From: Chiloscyllium plagiosum
Lineage: Eukaryota
Assembly: GCF_004010195.1 (NCBI RefSeq)
Contig: NC_057718.1
Location: 5,747,110-5,811,109, forward strand
Direction of reading: 5' to 3'
Length of the DNA: 64,000 nt
Made by a program: the position numbers and the translations under genes. The notes beneath the pieces were generated by a model. It worked only from the letters and a program-made list of their open reading frames with translations. It ran no database searches and was not told the DNA's origin. Shown here piece after piece: positions 62,145 through 64,000 of the stretch. The number at the start of each line of letters is the position of its first letter. Within the stretch, counting starts at the first letter, position 1.

Positions 62145-62507
62145 GTAAGGACTGCAGATGCTCGAAACCAGAGTTTAGATCAGAGTGGTGCTGGAAAAGC
62201 ACAGCAGGTCAGACAGCATCCGAGGAGCAGGAAAATCAATGTTTCAGGCAAAAGCCCTTCATCAGGAATAGAGGCAGGAAGCCTTCGGGGTGGAGAGATA
62301 AATGGTGGTGGTGGTGGTGGTGGTGGNNNNNNNNNNNNNNNNNNNNNNNNNNGGGATGGAGGTGATAGGTCAGAGGGGAGGGTGGAGAGGATAGGTGGGA
62401 AGGGAGATGGGTAGATAAGACTGTCATGAGGACAGTGCTGAGCTGGAAAGTTGGAACTGAGGCAAGGTGGGGGGGAGGGGAAATGAGGAAACTGGTGAAG
62501 TGCATTT
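62145..62507 (-). mobile_element. PLE 3' terminal fragment (end of ORF, 3' region, hammerhead motif); TSD cctatccta; contains N-gap
   Basis: Minus strand ..FTSFLIS followed by pyrimidine-rich region and AUUC-CUGAUGA-A-GGGC-UUUU-GCCU-GAAA; TSD at 62136-62144 and 62508-62516. Confidence 0.7.
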
Positions 62508-63329
62508 CCTATCCTACCCCAGCCAGAATGGGAATCAAAGCCTCACTGTTGGCATTATTCCAAACCATGCACTAGCTTCCCAGCCAACTGAGCTAACCGT
62601 CCCGGTATGTATCTATATAAGAATAAATGTATCAGCTTTTACTGGTTGTATATTTCCAGATTTTTCTTTTGAACTTCCCTGGTGAGATTTGAATTCACGC
62701 CTGAGCACATTGTGTGTCGATTCCCCTGAGCCTTCTGCCTCCTCCGAGGCATTGGAACACTAGGCTGCAGTCAGACAGAATTTCATTTGTTGGCTGGTGA
62801 GAGGAAATTTGCAATGAAGTGTGGTTTCTGCTGGACCAAATGCCCAAGCTGGAGTTAAACAGTGGCTTGCTGTGTTTAAATGAGTTACACATTGCTAAGG
62901 AAATTATTGGCTGGAAATGGCAAAAAGGAGTTTAGTATTAAATAATTGCAATAGTTCTGTCATCAGGCATCAGCACTCCAAAGGTCAGCTGTATACCTCA
63001 CTGTCACTGCTTCCTAATCCTGTCTCCTACCACTAGGAATGCAAGTTGGAGAAATATAAGACGTGCTACTGTCAAGAGATTAACCATTAGACTCCCAGTA
63101 TCACTCGGAAAATGCCTGCATTTCCTGGAATCGACTGTTGTTACTTTATAAGACCATGACAGCATAAGAAATAGATACAGGAGTAGGTTATTTGCACCCC
63201 TGAGACTGCTCGGCCATTCAATAGGATCATGGCTGATCTGATGTTCCTCACATCCAGTTTCTTGCCCTTTATCCTTAACCCTTGACCCTTTACTGTTCAA
63301 TAATCTATCTATACCAGCCTTAAACATAC

Positions 63330-63737
63330 ATGATTTGGAGATGCTGGTGTTAGACTGGGGTGTACAAAGTTAAAAATCACACAATACCAAGGTTATAGTC
63401 CAACAGGTTTATTTGGAAGCACTAGCTTTCAGAGCGCTGCTCCTTCATCAGGTGGTTGTGGAGGATAAGATCGTAAAACACAGAATACATAGCAAATGTT
63501 TACAGTGTGATGTAACTGAAATTATATATTGAAAAAGATCTGGATTGCTTGTTCAGTCTCTCATCTTTTAGAATTAACATGTTGGTTTCAGTTTACCACA
63601 GAGAGCTGTGAGGGCAGTGACCTTGTGTATATATAAGGTTAAAAAATCACACAACACCGGATTATAGTCCAACAGGCTTATTTCGAAGCACTAGCTTTTG
63701 GAGCTCTGCTTCTTCATCAGGTGGTTGTGGAATATAA
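63330..63737 (-). mobile_element. Two direct copies of subfamily-B PLE terminus with hammerhead motifs, inside a CR1 fragment
   Basis: Minus strand CAC-CUGAUGA-A-GGAGC-AGC-GCUCU-GAAA-G-CUA-GUG at 63420-63454; second degenerate copy at about 63637-63735. Confidence 0.7.
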
Positions 63738-63744
63738 AACCGGA

Positions 63745-64000
63745 AGTCATAGAGATATACAGCATGGAAATAGACCCTTCAGTCCAACCCTTCTATGCCG
63801 ACCAGATATCCCAACCCAATCTAATCCCACCTACCAGCAACCGGCCCATGTCCCTCCAAACCCTTTCTATTCATAGACCCATCCCAATGCCTCTTAAATG
63901 TTGTAATTGTACCAGCCTCCACCACTATCTCTGTCAGCTCATTCCATACACTTACCACCCTCTGCGTGAAAAAGCTGTCCCTTAGGTCTCTTTTATATCT
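63745..64000 (-). mobile_element. CR1 LINE 3' end (runs off window)
   Basis: Same tail as 17728 and 36845 copies. Confidence 0.88.

Noticed and set aside
16000..64000. VIP/PACAP-family or other neighbouring gene exons expected from synteny
   Set aside because: No HSD/HAD-type peptide exons or other coherent exon chain found by eye

Overview
Vertebrate genomic DNA, almost certainly an elasmobranch (shark) judging by its HE1/V-SINE, DeuSINE and CR1 repeat families; two N-gaps (18530-18735, 62327-62352). One protein-coding gene is supported: FBXO5/Emi1-type APC/C inhibitor on the + strand with four coding exons (4081/4134-4939, 12052-12142, 14077-14250, 15236-15484; exon 1 probably just upstream of the window) and an AU-rich 3' UTR. 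The rest is repeat-rich intronic/intergenic DNA: CR1, Rex1 and Tx1 LINE fragments, three SINE families, a 69-70 bp minisatellite and local duplications. The most notable hidden structure is about 20 short Penelope-like-element (PLE)-derived insertions. Many are hairpins flanked by 9-15 bp target-site duplications, and they carry intact or decayed minimal hammerhead-ribozyme motifs (CUGANGA-A-stemII-GAAA-N-NUH) in three subfamilies with covarying stems. One has a filled/empty-site pair inside the window, and a decayed PLE GIY-YIG endonuclease fragment is also present. Repeat boundaries were read by eye and are approximate; family names come from recall, not from a database search.
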